The position numbers and the translations under genes were made by a program. Shown here piece by piece: positions 1 to 12,315 of a stretch of DNA of 64,000 nt. Under the pieces are notes generated by a model. That model did no database searches, was not told the DNA's origin, and worked only from the letters and a program-made list of their open reading frames with translations. How positions within the stretch are numbered: position 1 is the first letter of the stretch; each line of letters starts with the position of its first letter. Origin of the DNA: Chiloscyllium plagiosum (Eukaryota); the NCBI RefSeq assembly GCF_004010195.1, contig NC_057719.1, positions 34,631,692 through 34,695,691 of the forward strand. Direction: 5' to 3'.

Positions 1-38
1 CTGTTGTAACTATTTGACTTTTTTCCTCTAGCACTTAC

Positions 39-133
39 TAATCTATGTACTATAATTAACAGGGGAACTTCCTCACAACCTGCATTCTGATCAACTGGAG
101 ATGTTGCTTTCAACTGCAAAAGACTCAAAAGAA
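39..133 (-). other. Candidate coding exon of an unidentified gene (xLLSLLQLKATSPVDQNAGCEEVPLLIIVHRL)
   Basis: On the minus strand: pyrimidine tract TTTGTTTTCTTTGCTTTCCAG acceptor, 95 nt with one open frame, then a GTAAGT donor (38-33). No protein family recognised. Confidence 0.2.
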
Positions 134-593
134 CTGGAAAGCAAAGAAAACAAAGCTGTAGCAATAAATCGATCCAATACTTCATAATACACATAGACAG
201 AGTAAGATGAGCCCAGTACACTAAGTGGAAAGTGATGACAAAGCATGGATGGTTGCCTCCCCAGTAAAACATTTTCACATTATGAATAGCTTTCATCTAA
301 TTTATTAAATTATAAAATCCATCTAACTCTATGCAGAATAATTTAACAGGGATTAAAGGCCCCTGAGATATTGATACTCAACAGCTTCTCCTGCTAAAGT
401 GGCACCAACCAAATATATAGCTATCTTTTCATTAAAGTTGATAACTTACTTCAGCATCAAAATATGGCAGGTTCATGATACAGCCTTTCAACATAATTTG
501 ATAAATTTTATTGTGCCTTATGAATGCAAATTCTAAAGTACATAAACATTAGATGATTCATACAATTGAAAGAAAGATCAAAGGACTCACATC

Positions 594-796
594 AGAGAAC
601 CATAGAAGTGTTATGGTGCAGAAGGAGGCCATTCAACCCATTGTGTCTGCATCACCCTGTTAAATAAACACCATTACTGAGGATGAATCGCTTGCTTTTT
701 CCCTTTACCTTTCCATATTGTTTCTACTCAAATAATCATCCAATGCCCTCTTGAATGCCTCATATAAACCTACCTCCATCACAATTTCAGACAGGT
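594..796 (-). mobile_element. CR1-type LINE 3' end fragment
   Basis: AGAACCATAGAA...GAAGGAGGCCATTCAACCCAT is the reverse complement of the CR1 3' stem-loop and tail; resembles other CR1 3' ends here, e.g. 59855. Confidence 0.7.
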
Positions 797-1392
797 GAGA
801 AGTGAAACAAGTATATTTTTGGTGGAACAACACGTAGTAAAGTTCTGGCACACAGCAGAATCACTGTATGTCTAAATCCAAGGCAAATCGAGCCAGAAGC
901 CGAGAAGTCTTCATGTCTCAAAAAATGGCAAGACATGATTACTCTTGGAGATAATCTCATAAAGAGCCTTATTCTGAGAAATTGATGTAAAGTCTCTTTT
1001 TACCTACATCAGCTCAGCAGATCCACTGGAGATTCTCAATGGAGAACAGAGTTTATTATTGAGCTGGCTGGAGGAAAGTTTGTACAAGGCCTTTCGTAAA
1101 ATGAGGGATTGACTTGGATATTCCAGTCATAGGCAAAAGAGCTCGGAGTCAGCTGTATTAACATGGCAAAGTTCAAGACTTTAACTTACACAACATGGAT
1201 ACTTCAGACTGACATAGGTTGAACCCAGAAGTAACAAATATGGTGTATGAAAGAACTTAGAAGAAAAAAGATCAATATACTTTCAAAGTCTAAAACTGTA
1301 AAAGGATCTTTACTCTTGAATGATGTGAAATGGAACCCAGATTATTTATAAATTTTGCATTCTATTCAAACTTATGTTTAATTTCTAAGAGT

Positions 1393-1515
1393 TTTATTTA
1401 TTCTTTCCTGAAATGTGGGTACCACTGGCAAGACCTTCATTTGATGCCCGTTCCTGATTCCTCCTAAGAAGGTTATGGAGAACCAGCTTCTTGAACTGGT
1501 GCAGTCTATTTGGGA
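1393..1515 (-). mobile_element. L2/Crack-like LINE 3' end fragment
   Basis: TTTTATTTATTC...GAAATGTGGGTACCACTGGCAAG resembles the reverse complement of the 3' end seen at 18225-18265. Confidence 0.55.
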
Positions 1516-2229
1516 CTTACTACGCTGTGTCACAATCATGTTTGGGGACTGTTTTGGCTGAGGGGAGCGCTGTGTACTCACTGCTGTGGGTGCAGGGCAA
1601 CCATGCTCCGTTAGAGATGAGGCACTGTGAATGAGTCAAGGGCAGGTCCAGAGACCCTGGTTAGGAGTAGCAGAGACCAAGATATCTGACATGGCCAATG
1701 GACATTGCACTTATGTTTGAAGTGCACCAGATGAACTGGATCTGAATGGCAACCATTGATGGGCAGGAAATGCTGCAAAGAGCATTTTCAATCTGCAACC
1801 CTTGGCATATTGCTATCTTACCTAATGGAAATAAGGAAGCAGCTTTCCATTTCTGGACATACATCGGCATATCTTCGATCTTGATCATTCATTCTGTTGT
1901 TATGGCACAGGAGTAGCAGGCCAGACCAAATCAGATTTGCTAACAGTGGATTCAATACACAGTGAAATTAAAACATATCAGTAACCCTCAAAATTGCTCA
2001 ATTGTTCCTAACAACACTTTACACATTACTAATCTTGGATGCCAAGTTTATAATTTAAACAAAAATTAACGGTTTTAGTTATTAATAATACAACTTTAGC
2101 AGAACGCAGAGGAACTCCAAGATAATCTAATTAATATCTACAATTTAAGCCCAATCTATTTTGATCACCAACACCCACTCACACACCAACAAACAGACAC
2201 AGTTAATGGATACAGTGCAGTCTCGGAAG

Positions 2230-2566
2230 TATTCCATGCAATTGAAGAAAGACGTCTTTGCTCCTGTACTCAAATTGTTCTCCAGTAAAGGATAACATGC
2301 CATTTTCCTTCTGTATTGTTTGTTCCACCTGCATTTTCCATTTATCTACATTACATTCTATCTGCCATAGTCTTGTTTGCTCACTCATTCACTTTATCTA
2401 AATCCCTCAAAGTCTCTTTATATCCACCTCACATTTCACATTCCCATCATCTGCAAAATTTGATTAATTACAATTTACCTTAACATCCAAATCATAGATT
2501 GTGAACAGCTAGAACCCAACCTCTGATCCATATGTTCCTCCATTGACCACAACCTGAGAATGACCC
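2230..2566 (-). mobile_element. Degraded CR1 ORF2 fragment
   Basis: ORF 2203-2388 contains LWQIECNVDK, a decayed form of the CR1 motif WQMEFNxxKC; minus-strand TTTGCAGATGAT (FADD) near 2445-2457. Confidence 0.6.
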
Positions 2567-2753
2567 AGCTCCGTTAGCTGGAAGATTGGGTTACAATGCA
2601 GAGAAACAGCAAAAGCAGGGGGCTCAATTCCCATATCAGCTGAGGTCACCATGAAGGTCCCACCTTCTCAACCTTACCCCTTGCCTGAGGTGTGGTGACC
2701 CTCAGATTAAACCCACTCTCATGAGAGAGTGGACTATGGCTTCTTTACCTTTT
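2567..2753 (+). mobile_element. tRNA-headed SINE, copy 1 of a near-tandem pair
   Basis: A-box-like TTAGCTGG and B-box-like GGCTCAATTCCC, then CTGAGGTCACCATGAAGG...GGTGACCCTCAGATTAAAC shared with the copy at 2984. Confidence 0.65.
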
Positions 2754-2759
2754 GATAGA

Positions 2760-2845
2760 TCTCTTGAGGCACGTGGGAGTGTCCATACCTTTGAGCCAGA
2801 AGGTCTGGGTTCAAGTCCCACCTCTCCACAGGTGAGTTATAACCA
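2760..2845 (+). mobile_element. Short tRNA-derived SINE (second family)
   Basis: AGTGTCC...GAGCCAGAAGGTCTGGGTTCAAGTCCCACC with a B box; homologous to 44283-44392. Confidence 0.55.
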
Positions 2846-2983
2846 AATTCATTTTTAAAAATGAAAATTATTGGAACAACCAATGGTAAAGTGAAAATCC
2901 AAATTTTGTGAATATTAAGAGAAATGAGAAAATGTAAATCATAGACAAAAGTAACAACACTAGCTTCTACATAATGTAGAAGA

Positions 2984-3182
2984 CCATTAGCCCAGTAGCT
3001 GGATGGGTGGTTTGCAATGCAGAATCTTGTCAACAGCATGGGTTCAGTTCCCACACACACTGAGGTTACTGTAAAGAACCTGCCTTCTCAACTTCACAGC
3101 TTACGTGAGGCTTGGTGACCCTCAGATTAAACTCACCAGTTCTCTCTTTCAAAGTGGACAGCAGCCCTATTCTCATCTGTGA
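2984..3182 (+). mobile_element. tRNA-headed SINE, copy 2 of the pair
   Basis: TTAGCCCAGTAGCTGG...GGGTTCAGTTCCC...CTGAGGTTAC...GGTGACCCTCAGATTAAAC, colinear with 2567-2753. Confidence 0.65.
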
Positions 3183-4304
3183 AGTCAGAGTCTTTTGTTG
3201 ATGTGACAATAATATGCATACCTTATGTGTACAGTCTTAAAATATTATCTGAGATTGGTGTTCTTTGAATGGTTATCACAGCAACAAAAGTAATCCCTGT
3301 TATTGGGGAATGTCAGTTCTTCATTGTAGCAAAAATCAGTTGCCTTAACCATTAATTTCAGATTCATGCATTCTCAGAACATTCATCAGGGTGCCTACCA
3401 TAGCAAGTTCAATGCTTTTCCTAATACTCACCAAATTACATTTCAAAGAGTACATTCATTTCATTTTTCAGATACCATTCTTTGAGACTGAAGTAGAAAA
3501 AAATCAAATGAGTAATATATATAGCTTATAGCAGATTTCTTTGGCTGTTATAACTCAATGCCAATCATTCTGAGTTCTTGTGCTCTGCAGTGATTGCCAA
3601 TAACGCTATCACCTTTATATTATTATCATCAGCTGTTTGCAATTGTTCACTCTAACAGCTTGCAATTACTCAAGAATCTAAAATTTCCTATTTTTCAGCC
3701 AGGTGTTAAAAAGAATCACTGCTTGATTATCTCCAAACATTGTAAGCAGTAGAAAAGATAACAAATACTCAAGACAAAGACATTGCTTGCCATGAATGCA
3801 GAGATTGTTTTACTAGAAAGTTACAACACAGAGGGGAACATTCCCTCTATGAAGTGGCAACAGAAATAATAATACAGAAATCTACTCAGCGCGTCAGGAT
3901 ATTGCAAAACATCAATGTTTTGTCAGAAATTACAATGGGATCTATTTATTTATTCTCCATATCAATCTAGTCATAGCTTGATAAATGAATCTAAATTGAA
4001 GCAGTTTTGATTAACTTGCATAAAAGAAGAAACATGACTTTAAATTTAAAGCATTTACTAAGAAATCAGAATGAGTAAAAAGTAGAATTAGAAAAATCAG
4101 AAAAGTTTAAAAGCTGAAACAAAATCAAAAATGCTGGAAAGGCATTGGAGAACTTAGCTTCCGGAAACAGAAGGGTAGTGTCTCGAGTAGAGATTTAGGT
4201 TTCAATTTTACTCACAGTTATTGTCTGTTAATGAGTGTATTCAGGCAGTCAGATGAAAAAGACGGCTGGAGAAATCATTCACCATCAGTTAAAAACCAAG
4301 AATC

Positions 4305-4925
4305 CTAGGATTACAGAGGATATACAGCATAGAAACAGGCTATTCAGCATTGTCAATATATGTCAATGTTTATACTCCACTTCAGCCTCATCCAACCTTT
4401 CAATATCCAAATCAATCATTATAACTCTTTATTCCCTTATGCTTCTCTAACTTCCCTCAAATGCATCTACAGAGGAACCTCAATTATCCGAATGATACGG
4501 GCGGGGAGTCTATTGTTGGATAATTGAATGTTCGGATAATCGAATGCTGGATAACACAGTTTAGCCAAACATTGGGACCTTGCCATCTTGCCAGATAATC
4601 CAAAATTTGGATAATTGAATGCCAGATAATTGAGGTTCCTCTGTATACTATTTGCTTCAACCACTCCCATATTCTCAAAAGTTTTTAGGTGAAGAAGTTT
4701 CTTCTGAATCCTCTATTAAATTTCTTTGTGATAATTTTGTATCAATGTCCATTAGTTATGTTCTTTCCTACAAGAGGAAACATTCTGTCTGTATCCACTT
4801 ATCAAAAGCTTTCATAATTTAAGGGTTTTTTTTTAAAGTTACCACTGGAGCTTTCTTTTTCCTAAATATAAGAGACCCAGCCTGTCAATCCTTTTCTGAT
4901 GTATATGCTCATGCAATTCTGGTAT
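4305..4925 (-). mobile_element. CR1 3' fragment interrupted by a MITE
   Basis: CAGCATAGAAACAGGCTATTCAGC 3' end; the host reads AAATGCATCTA|TACTATTTGCTTCAACCAC across the MITE. Confidence 0.65.
4470..4643. mobile_element. Tc1/mariner (pogo/Tigger-like) MITE, 174 bp
   Basis: Perfect 19-bp TIRs CAGAGGAACCTCAATTATC (4470-4488) / GATAATTGAGGTTCCTCTG (4625-4643); TA duplication at 4468-4469 and 4644-4645; internal GGATAAT(C/T)GAAT repeats. Confidence 0.9.
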
Positions 4926-4939
4926 CATATGTATATACA

Positions 4940-5325
4940 CCATATGAATTAGGAGCAGGATTAGGCCATACTGCCCCTCAAGATTGCTATACAGTTTAAT
5001 AAGATCATGACTGATCTAATTGTGATTTCAAAACCACAATCTCACCTACTCCCTATAACCAATGCTCCCTCTGAGCAGCAGGTCCATTCCATCCATTGAC
5101 TCATGCCAATGGGCATGCAGACACATTGACACCCAGTTTCAGATGTTGCTGCCACACACAGACCTCAGAGGTCTGTGCAGCAGGAGGAAAAATTGGAACG
5201 TAATCTATAAATTTTGACTCCCTTGTTCGTCAGCAGGCTGTCTACATGAACCTTAAAAATATTAAATGACTCTGCCTCCCTCCCCCATTCTCTGGGGTAA
5301 AGAGTTCGAAGATTCATGTATTGCA
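4940..5325 (-). mobile_element. CR1 3' fragment with an unclassified insertion at ~5070-5204
   Basis: GAATTAGGAGCAGGATTAGGCCAT...AATAAGATCATGACTGATCT 3' end; resumes with GACTCTGCCTCC...CTCTGGGGTAAAGAGTTC. Confidence 0.6.
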
Positions 5326-6850
5326 TACGATCATTTAAACTCTGCAAACTCCCAAATACTATTGCTCCCCAGGACCTCTGCCCTGGCGTCCTTGTTCTTA
5401 GGAAAAGTCTGTCAGTGCCAAATAAATGCCAGAGTAGCACTCAGTTCAGAGAAAAGGGTGGCATGATGCTTTCACCAAGTCTCCAACTGGTGGAAGAGAG
5501 CCCTGCTGCTTCCATTAAATACCATCCACTGTGTCTCAGTGACTTTTGCTCTCCAAGTCATGACAACCAAATTCTCAGACATTAATGTGAAGAAATGACT
5601 GAGCTAATTTCCTCACGATTCTTAACAATCGTGAGTGATGAAAACACAAGCTAGAATAAAGTCACATTACCCACATTTTTCATTTATTCTAAAGGTGACT
5701 TTCTTGAACTGTTTTCTCTTTTGAACAAAATTAAACAAAAGGTACTTGTCTTGAACAATCGATTTCAATTCAATTTTTCTTCAGTCAAATAACTGCAATG
5801 CAAGCTACAATATAAAAACTAAGAAATGCCTCTCAGGTATCAGAGTGTCGTGATTATTGTACAGAATAAAACTGAGAGATACATTGTGAGATACAATGCC
5901 ACCAAGATAAACTTAAAGCTGAATTCAGTAAATGCAGTAATTTGCAGAATAGAGTGGAGTGGTGTTATTCTTTCTTCTCCAAAACCCATTTCTTTTTACC
6001 TTAATATTGTTGCACATAACAAAATTCACTCTGTACATGGATAGGAAAAATTAGAGGGAACCTTGCCCAACGTCTATTTGTGGTACTAACACTCATTCAC
6101 AGATGCTCATTGTTCACTCTCAGATACCTGGCACTGACTAGTAACTGTATGGCATGCACTATCAGGCAACAAACACCTGCTTACAGTTGGCCATCACCCA
6201 CCAACAGCTTCTCAGCACCCACTGCCAATTATCTAGCATCAACTTGTTGGCATCTAAAGTCAATCACACAGACATTGGGCATTCACTCTGGGCACTATCA
6301 CACAAAAGAATATAGTGTTCAATGTCTAAAACTGAGCTAATTTCAGATTAGCCAATTTAGACTAGACACTCTATAGCTGATGATTGAATTATGAATTTCA
6401 TATTTAGCTTATTGCTGAAAACTTTAGCATTGCTTCTTTACACTCTGAGTCACATAGTGGAGTTAGTTGTCTGACCTCCCTCTGGGATACTTATGCTTAT
6501 CTCCAGGATGTTGGTAGAAGAATGAATCTCCATCTGTCATCATAATGCTTCTTCCTTTATACAATGCCTGTTCCCTCAGTAGAACAACCTGGCTTCTGTT
6601 CTCAGAAACTTAACTCTTGCATGAAACTGACAATCTGGTTTGTTTTTCCCCTCTCTCTCTGTAACTGGAGTTTTAAAGCCCCAAATATTTACTGATGCAG
6701 AATTTCCAAGAGAGGAGAGGAGTTTAACATCATTAAGGTTCCTAATCCAAAGTGTGCACATTTCTTTTGAAATAGCATCCTCAGCCCAGAAGCCAATCTG
6801 ATTTTGTTCCTGCTCAGATGGAGAATGCTTCACAAGAAATTGTAGACAAC

Positions 6851-7134
6851 AGAATCAGAGAATCACTACATTGTGGAAAACTATTGAGTTCACACCGCCT
6901 CTCTGAAGAGCATCCCACCACTCTGCCCTATCCCTGTAACCCTGCATTTCCAATGGCTAACCGACCTAATCTGTGCATCTTTGGACTGTGGGAGGAAATC
7001 GGAGCATCCAGAGGAAACCCACGCAGACACAAGGAGAACACGCAAACTCCACACAAGCACTCAAGGCTAGAATTGAACCCAGGTCCCTGACTCTTCGAGG
7101 CAGCAGTGCCAACCACTGAGCCACCATGCTGCCC
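6851..7134 (-). mobile_element. HE1-like V-SINE
   Basis: Minus strand GGGCAGCATGGTGGCTCAGTGGTTGGCACTGCTGCC...GGGTTCAATTC (A and B boxes), V-domain GTGTGGAGTTTGC...GTCTGCGTGGGTTTCC, CR1-derived tail. Confidence 0.85.
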
Positions 7135-10119
7135 AAATATACAGGATTTTGCTTCTAGGAGAATGATCGGTGCCCAGTGGCAGGGTAAGGCTGGAGCAGG
7201 TGAAGGAAATGTCTTATAGGGTCAGGGAGGATAGGAGTTATTATTGGGAGCAGATATAGGAATTGAGAATGGTCACTGCTAAAACAAACAGGGTCCTGTC
7301 AAGGGAGTTGGAAGATGGTGAGGGCATTAGGCAGGATGGAAGGGCTGGAGTGATACTTGACCAAGGGGGATTGGGTGCAGACTATCAGAGAGTAATCAGA
7401 TGGTGGTGAAAGAGACAGATTATCTTGGCGAATTGGGGGTAACACTGCTGCTCCTCTCGGCCCATAAGCAGAGCTGGAAAGGATATTCATTTTTCCAGTC
7501 CTTGCTTCCCTTTAGCTGCCAGGTTTTCTGATGCCAAGGAAACCCAGCCAGACAGTGTTAAATTTAAAATGAAAATAAAATCTGAGAAAAGCAGTCTCTA
7601 AAATATTTACATGAACAGATTTGTCCTTGTGGCAGACTGATTGCTTCCCCACTGCATGTCTTCTTTAAACTGGAAGTGAATAGGATTGAGGTGGTTGGAG
7701 TCAGGTTTGAGATTTCTTTAAACTTTTATATCCCACCCAACCCACATACCTATGGCTTGAGGCTGGTGTGATGGGGGTTATTAAAACCCTTCCTCTGTCT
7801 GAGCTCCCGCAATATTCTTTCCAGTGGCAGCCTTTTAAACGTCTGACTCTGTTCTCTCTGTTACCTTATAGCCACAATCTCAAGAAGGGTGTGAGGATGC
7901 TATAATCACCTGAGAAATCCAGCAATGATGGGGCTTTCGTTTAGTAAAATGCTGCATTCTCCCACCTGACAGCAGGACCAATGGGTGGGGAATGCAACAA
8001 AGTCGGAGAGATTTTTGGTGCAGTCGCTAGAGAGGATTAGCCCATTTCAAAGGAGCACCACAGTTTACTTCTGAGGCCCAATGCAATATTCAACCCAAGG
8101 AGACTGAAAAATCAATAACCTACCATGTTTTAAAGTGACAGAATAAAAACAAAGTGGATCACTCGTTGGCTATTTGAAATAAAAGTAAAGATGGTTCAAG
8201 AAATAATGAGTAATCTGTTCCATCAGAATATTACACAAATCCTGAAAATGATGAAAATCTCCTCCCTCTTGTCATCCTTTAAAGTGGAGTGTAAACTATT
8301 TATGATGCAGGGTGGCATACCTTCTGCTGTTGGCTTATGTCACCAAATATGTTATAAATACAGTTTCCATTGAGTTCCATGTTCTTGAATAGTTTCCCAT
8401 CTTTTTAATAAGACAAGATAATCCTGCCATTTTCAATCTGTTTCCACAACAGTATGAAAGTCTCATGCGATTACTTTCTCACTAGAATAACTCTTACTGC
8501 AATTATCGGTAGTTCAAAATCTATGCTCCTAAATTTTCTGAACTGTTTGAGGATACATTAGACAGCCCCTGAAAATGGGCAGAGGGATCACAACGTTAGG
8601 TTATCCAGTGTCATTGCAATGCAGGCAGTTTGCCAACTTTCGGCTGCCCACTGATTTAAATGATATCAGCATCCAGCCAGAACTATCTGAGCAGTTAATC
8701 ATCTGGATAATTCATCAGGTGGCCAATATAAAGAATTACTAACTTCAGTTAAAACTAGCCTGCACTGATGTACAAAATGGTACATCATGGGAATCAGCTC
8801 AATTTTAGCACTGCAGTGGAGGAGATAGAAAGAAGAACAGTTTTCCTGCAAACTACAGGGGTCAAAATGTCCTCTTGACATTCACTCAGAAGGTAAAGGA
8901 GATAGGTAGCCATGGATGTCAAATTCAGCAGTCAAGCTCTGAAGTCCTAGAAGCCGAACTGAAGCATATGCAATGGTCTCACACGTGTGAGAAATGTTAA
9001 TAAGTGCATTTGCAATACAATATGCTATTAATAGCTTCAAGCACTGACAATCAACTACATTTTCATTATTTACCTATCAATAATCTCTCTGCTCCACCAC
9101 ACCCTGGCACATCTAATACAGCAGCAAGTCTCACATCCACATCTCATGGTTTGCACGCACTGTTAGCTATCCAACCATCGCACACAGATTGCATGTATCA
9201 CAATGAAAAAGGTCCTCTTCCTTGCTGAAAATGATTGCACATAACAGGACGCAGCAGAAGCTAACTGGAAAGGGACAGGTGCATCTGGTTGCCTTAACCC
9301 TCATGAAGAAAATGGTGCTGGCCATTGTTTCTATGACTATTTCTGAGACTGTCAAATAGATGTCAAATAGCAAATGATGTCAAAGGTCATATGTCATATA
9401 CAGATGGTTTATTTTTCTTTTATTGGAGATTGTCATTGGCTGGTACTAATGAAGCACTAATGTTTATTGCCATCTTAACAAACCAAGCCTGAATGTTGTC
9501 CAAGTATTGTTTCAGTATCGGAGGGGTTGTGAATGGTGTGAATTGTCCAAACATCAGTGAGCATCTTCACTTCTGACCTAACGATGCAAAGGTCAACAAA
9601 AGTGCAGGCACAAATATATTCTTCAGTGCATGCCACATGACTCCAAGTGGCAACTTATAACAACCAAATGAGCACCGAATACCTGTAGCAAAAGCAAAAG
9701 AAATCTTCTGGTAACAAATCGTTAAGACTTTGATAATGATTTTAAATAGCACTGGTACATCGAAAATGGGAATCCTTCCTGTTGCAGAATATAGATTCAA
9801 CTCTGTCAAAGTTTAGCACCAAGTTCCAAAATGGCAGCATTGACATTAAGTAAGCATAATGTTGACTGGCATCATGAACTGACTGCTTTGCATTCCAGTC
9901 AACATTGACGGCAGCATGGTAACACCCTCACCAATATGGTAACTAACATAATTCATAGGCACGCCATTGACACTAGTCAGCTCTCACACCATTCAGCTCT
10001 AGGGCAATAGTGGCCATAAACATTCCAATTTCTTTCTCTTTGGCTTTGTAATGTCTCTTCACTTCTTAGATCAATAGATATACTAGATTTTTTTTATCTG
10101 TGTATCAAACATTAGATAG

Positions 10120-10268
10120 GAGAAAGTGAGGTCTGCAGATGCTGGAGATCAGAGATGGAAATGTGTTGCTGCACATTCCTGAAGAAGGGCTAATGCCCGA
10201 AACGTCGATTCTCCTGTTCCCTAGATGCTGCCTGACCTGCTGCGCTTTTCCAGCAACACATTTCCATC
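10120..10268 (+). mobile_element. Penelope-derived mini-element with hammerhead motif, partial palindrome
   Basis: TSD ATCAAACATTAGATAG at 10104-10119 and 10266-10281 (first 3 nt overlap the element end); inverted 34-nt tail 10120-10153; inverted repeat 10154-10171 / 10251-10268. Confidence 0.85.
10172..10212 (+). ncRNA. Minimal type I hammerhead ribozyme motif
   Basis: CTGAAGA (10179-10185), A, GGGC-TAAT-GCCC stem II, GAAA (10199-10202), CG, TC; palindromic ACGT in stem III; stem I only ~2-3 bp. Confidence 0.75.
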
Positions 10269-10860
10269 AAACATTAGATAGTCATATTCAAAGTTATACA
10301 GCAAAGTCATTCACTTCCTTAGCACATGCTTGAATTCCAATACCACAGCATATGACAATTCATTTGCTTGTTATAATGATACCATCAGGAATTATCTCCA
10401 AAATAAGAAAAGCAATGAAAATAACACCAAATTGTGCCTTTAGCAGCATGCATTGTAATTTCACCTCTTCAGAGGACTTTAGTTGTTAAGTTGCACACTT
10501 CCTTTTTCAAAACTGACATTTCTGTACTAAAAATAAATATTATAGCAACTATATGAGTGGCCTGAAACGTATAAATATAATAGGAGTACCGTAAGGCCAT
10601 AATAATTAAGTTTAAGTTTATTTTGTTAAAATGGGTTCCTGTGACGTGATAGCCAGCTAAAGATACGAATTTTAGATGCCTGATTAATTGATCCAGTGAT
10701 ATACAACTGCTGTATCAATGTGATATGTCACAGAACAATAGTAAATTCATGCTCATAACTTTTTAATTTTACTCAAGGCATGAAGATTCAATATAAAGCA
10801 TAGAGAAGAAGGAGGGAGAGATCAGGCACTAATTAAGCTAAGGTTGATCATCAGCAGTTG

Positions 10861-11153
10861 GGTGGCATGGTGGATCAGTGGTAGCACTGCTACCCCACAG
10901 TAGCAGGGACCTGAGTACAATTCCTACCTTGGGTGACTGCCTGTGTGGAGTTTGCACATTCTCCCGTGTCTGTGTGGGTTTGCTCTGGTTTTCTCCCATG
11001 GTCCAAAGACATGAAGGTCGGATGAATTGGCCATAGTGTAAGGTGCCTTAGTCAGGGGTAAATATCAGAAAATAGATCTGGGTGGGTTACCCTTTAAAGG
11101 GTCTGTGTGGACTTGTTAGGCTAAATGGCCTGTTTCCACACTTAGGGAATCTA
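10861..11153 (+). mobile_element. HE1-like V-SINE
   Basis: GGTGGCATGGTGGATCAGTGGTAGCACTGC head, V-domain, GGCCTGTTTCCACAC tail. Confidence 0.85.
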
Positions 11154-11287
11154 GTTTCCATCATTTAATTCAGCAATAACTCAGAAACAAATACTGAAGA
11201 ATGTAATTACATTCAGTAATATTAATTTTCAAACATATGTTGTTCTTAGATGGTCGTTTTCTAAATCATTTTCCATTTGGAAAATTA

Positions 11288-11561
11288 AGATTAGATTACA
11301 TTACTAACATGTTAAAACAGGCCCTTCGGCCCAACAAGTCCACACCGACCCTCCAAAGAGCAACCCACCCAGACCCATTCCCCTACACCTAACACTACGG
11401 GCAATTTAGCATGGCCAATTCACCTCACCTGCACTTTTTTGGACTGTGAGAGGAAACCCATGCAGACACAGGGAGAATGTGCAAACTCCACACAGATGGT
11501 TGCCTGATGTGTGAATTGAACCAGGGTCTCTGACGCTAACCACTGCAACACCGTGCCACCC
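11288..11561 (-). mobile_element. HE1-like V-SINE, inverted relative to 10861
   Basis: AGATTAGATT tail, ACAGGCCCTTCGGCCCAACAAG, ends CACCGTGCCACCC. Confidence 0.85.
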
Positions 11562-11789
11562 AAAATTAAACATCTCAAAAATTCATCTTATAACCTACAT
11601 TGTAAAGATCCACTTCAAAAATTTATCTGATACCTAAACAAGCTCAGAGAGAGGGTCAACCTGCATATAAATCCCACAGACTCTATTAATTGTCTGCCCA
11701 ATCAATTTCCATCAGGCAGGCAGAGCTAATATGCATCCAAACTGATTTTTTTTTTAAGGAAGATAAGCAAGTGAGTTTGGCTTTGTCAC

Positions 11790-12315
11790 AATTAGACAGG
11801 GTGGGTAAGAAGGCATTCATCACCCTTACCTTACCTTCATTATTCAGAACTTTGAGTCTCGGAGTTGGGATGTCATGTTGAGCTTGTATAGGAGGTTGGT
11901 GAGGCCTTTTCTGGTGTACTATGTACAGTTCTGATCGCCCCCTGATAGGAAGCATCTTGTTAAACTGGAGAGGGTTCAAAAACGATTTATCAGGATATTG
12001 CCAGGAATGAAGGGTTTGAGTTCTAAGGAGAGACTGGATAGGCCAGCGTGAGAGATTAAGGAGTCATCTTATCGAGGTTTATAAAATCACAACTAGATTT
12101 TTACACAGAGAGCGGTTTATGTGTGGAATGAACTGCCAGGGGAAGCAGTAGATGCAGATATAGTTACAAAGTAAAAAGAAATTTGAATAAGTACATGAAT
12201 AGGAAAGGTTTGAAGGAATATGGGCCAAACACAGGCAGGTGGGACTGGTTTAGTTTGGGAATATAGTTGGCCTGGATTGGTTGGACCAAAGAGTCTGTTT
12301 CCATGCTGTATGACC
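11790..12315 (+). mobile_element. CR1 ORF2 C-terminus and 3' UTR fragment
   Basis: GGTGAGGCC...GTACAGTTCTG (VRPxLEYCVQFW-like); ends GGACCAAAGAGTCTGTTTCCATGCTGTATGA. Confidence 0.75.

Noticed and set aside
4470..4643. GGATAATCGAAT repeats as a CRISPR-like or regulatory array
   Set aside because: Irregular spacing inside a TA-flanked MITE; these look like subterminal transposase-binding repeats.
9167..9230. Minus-strand peptide KEEDLFHCDTCNLC resembling a Pirh2/RCHY1-type zinc finger
   Set aside because: A stop follows five codons later, there is no convincing donor, and no other matching exons were seen; probably chance.
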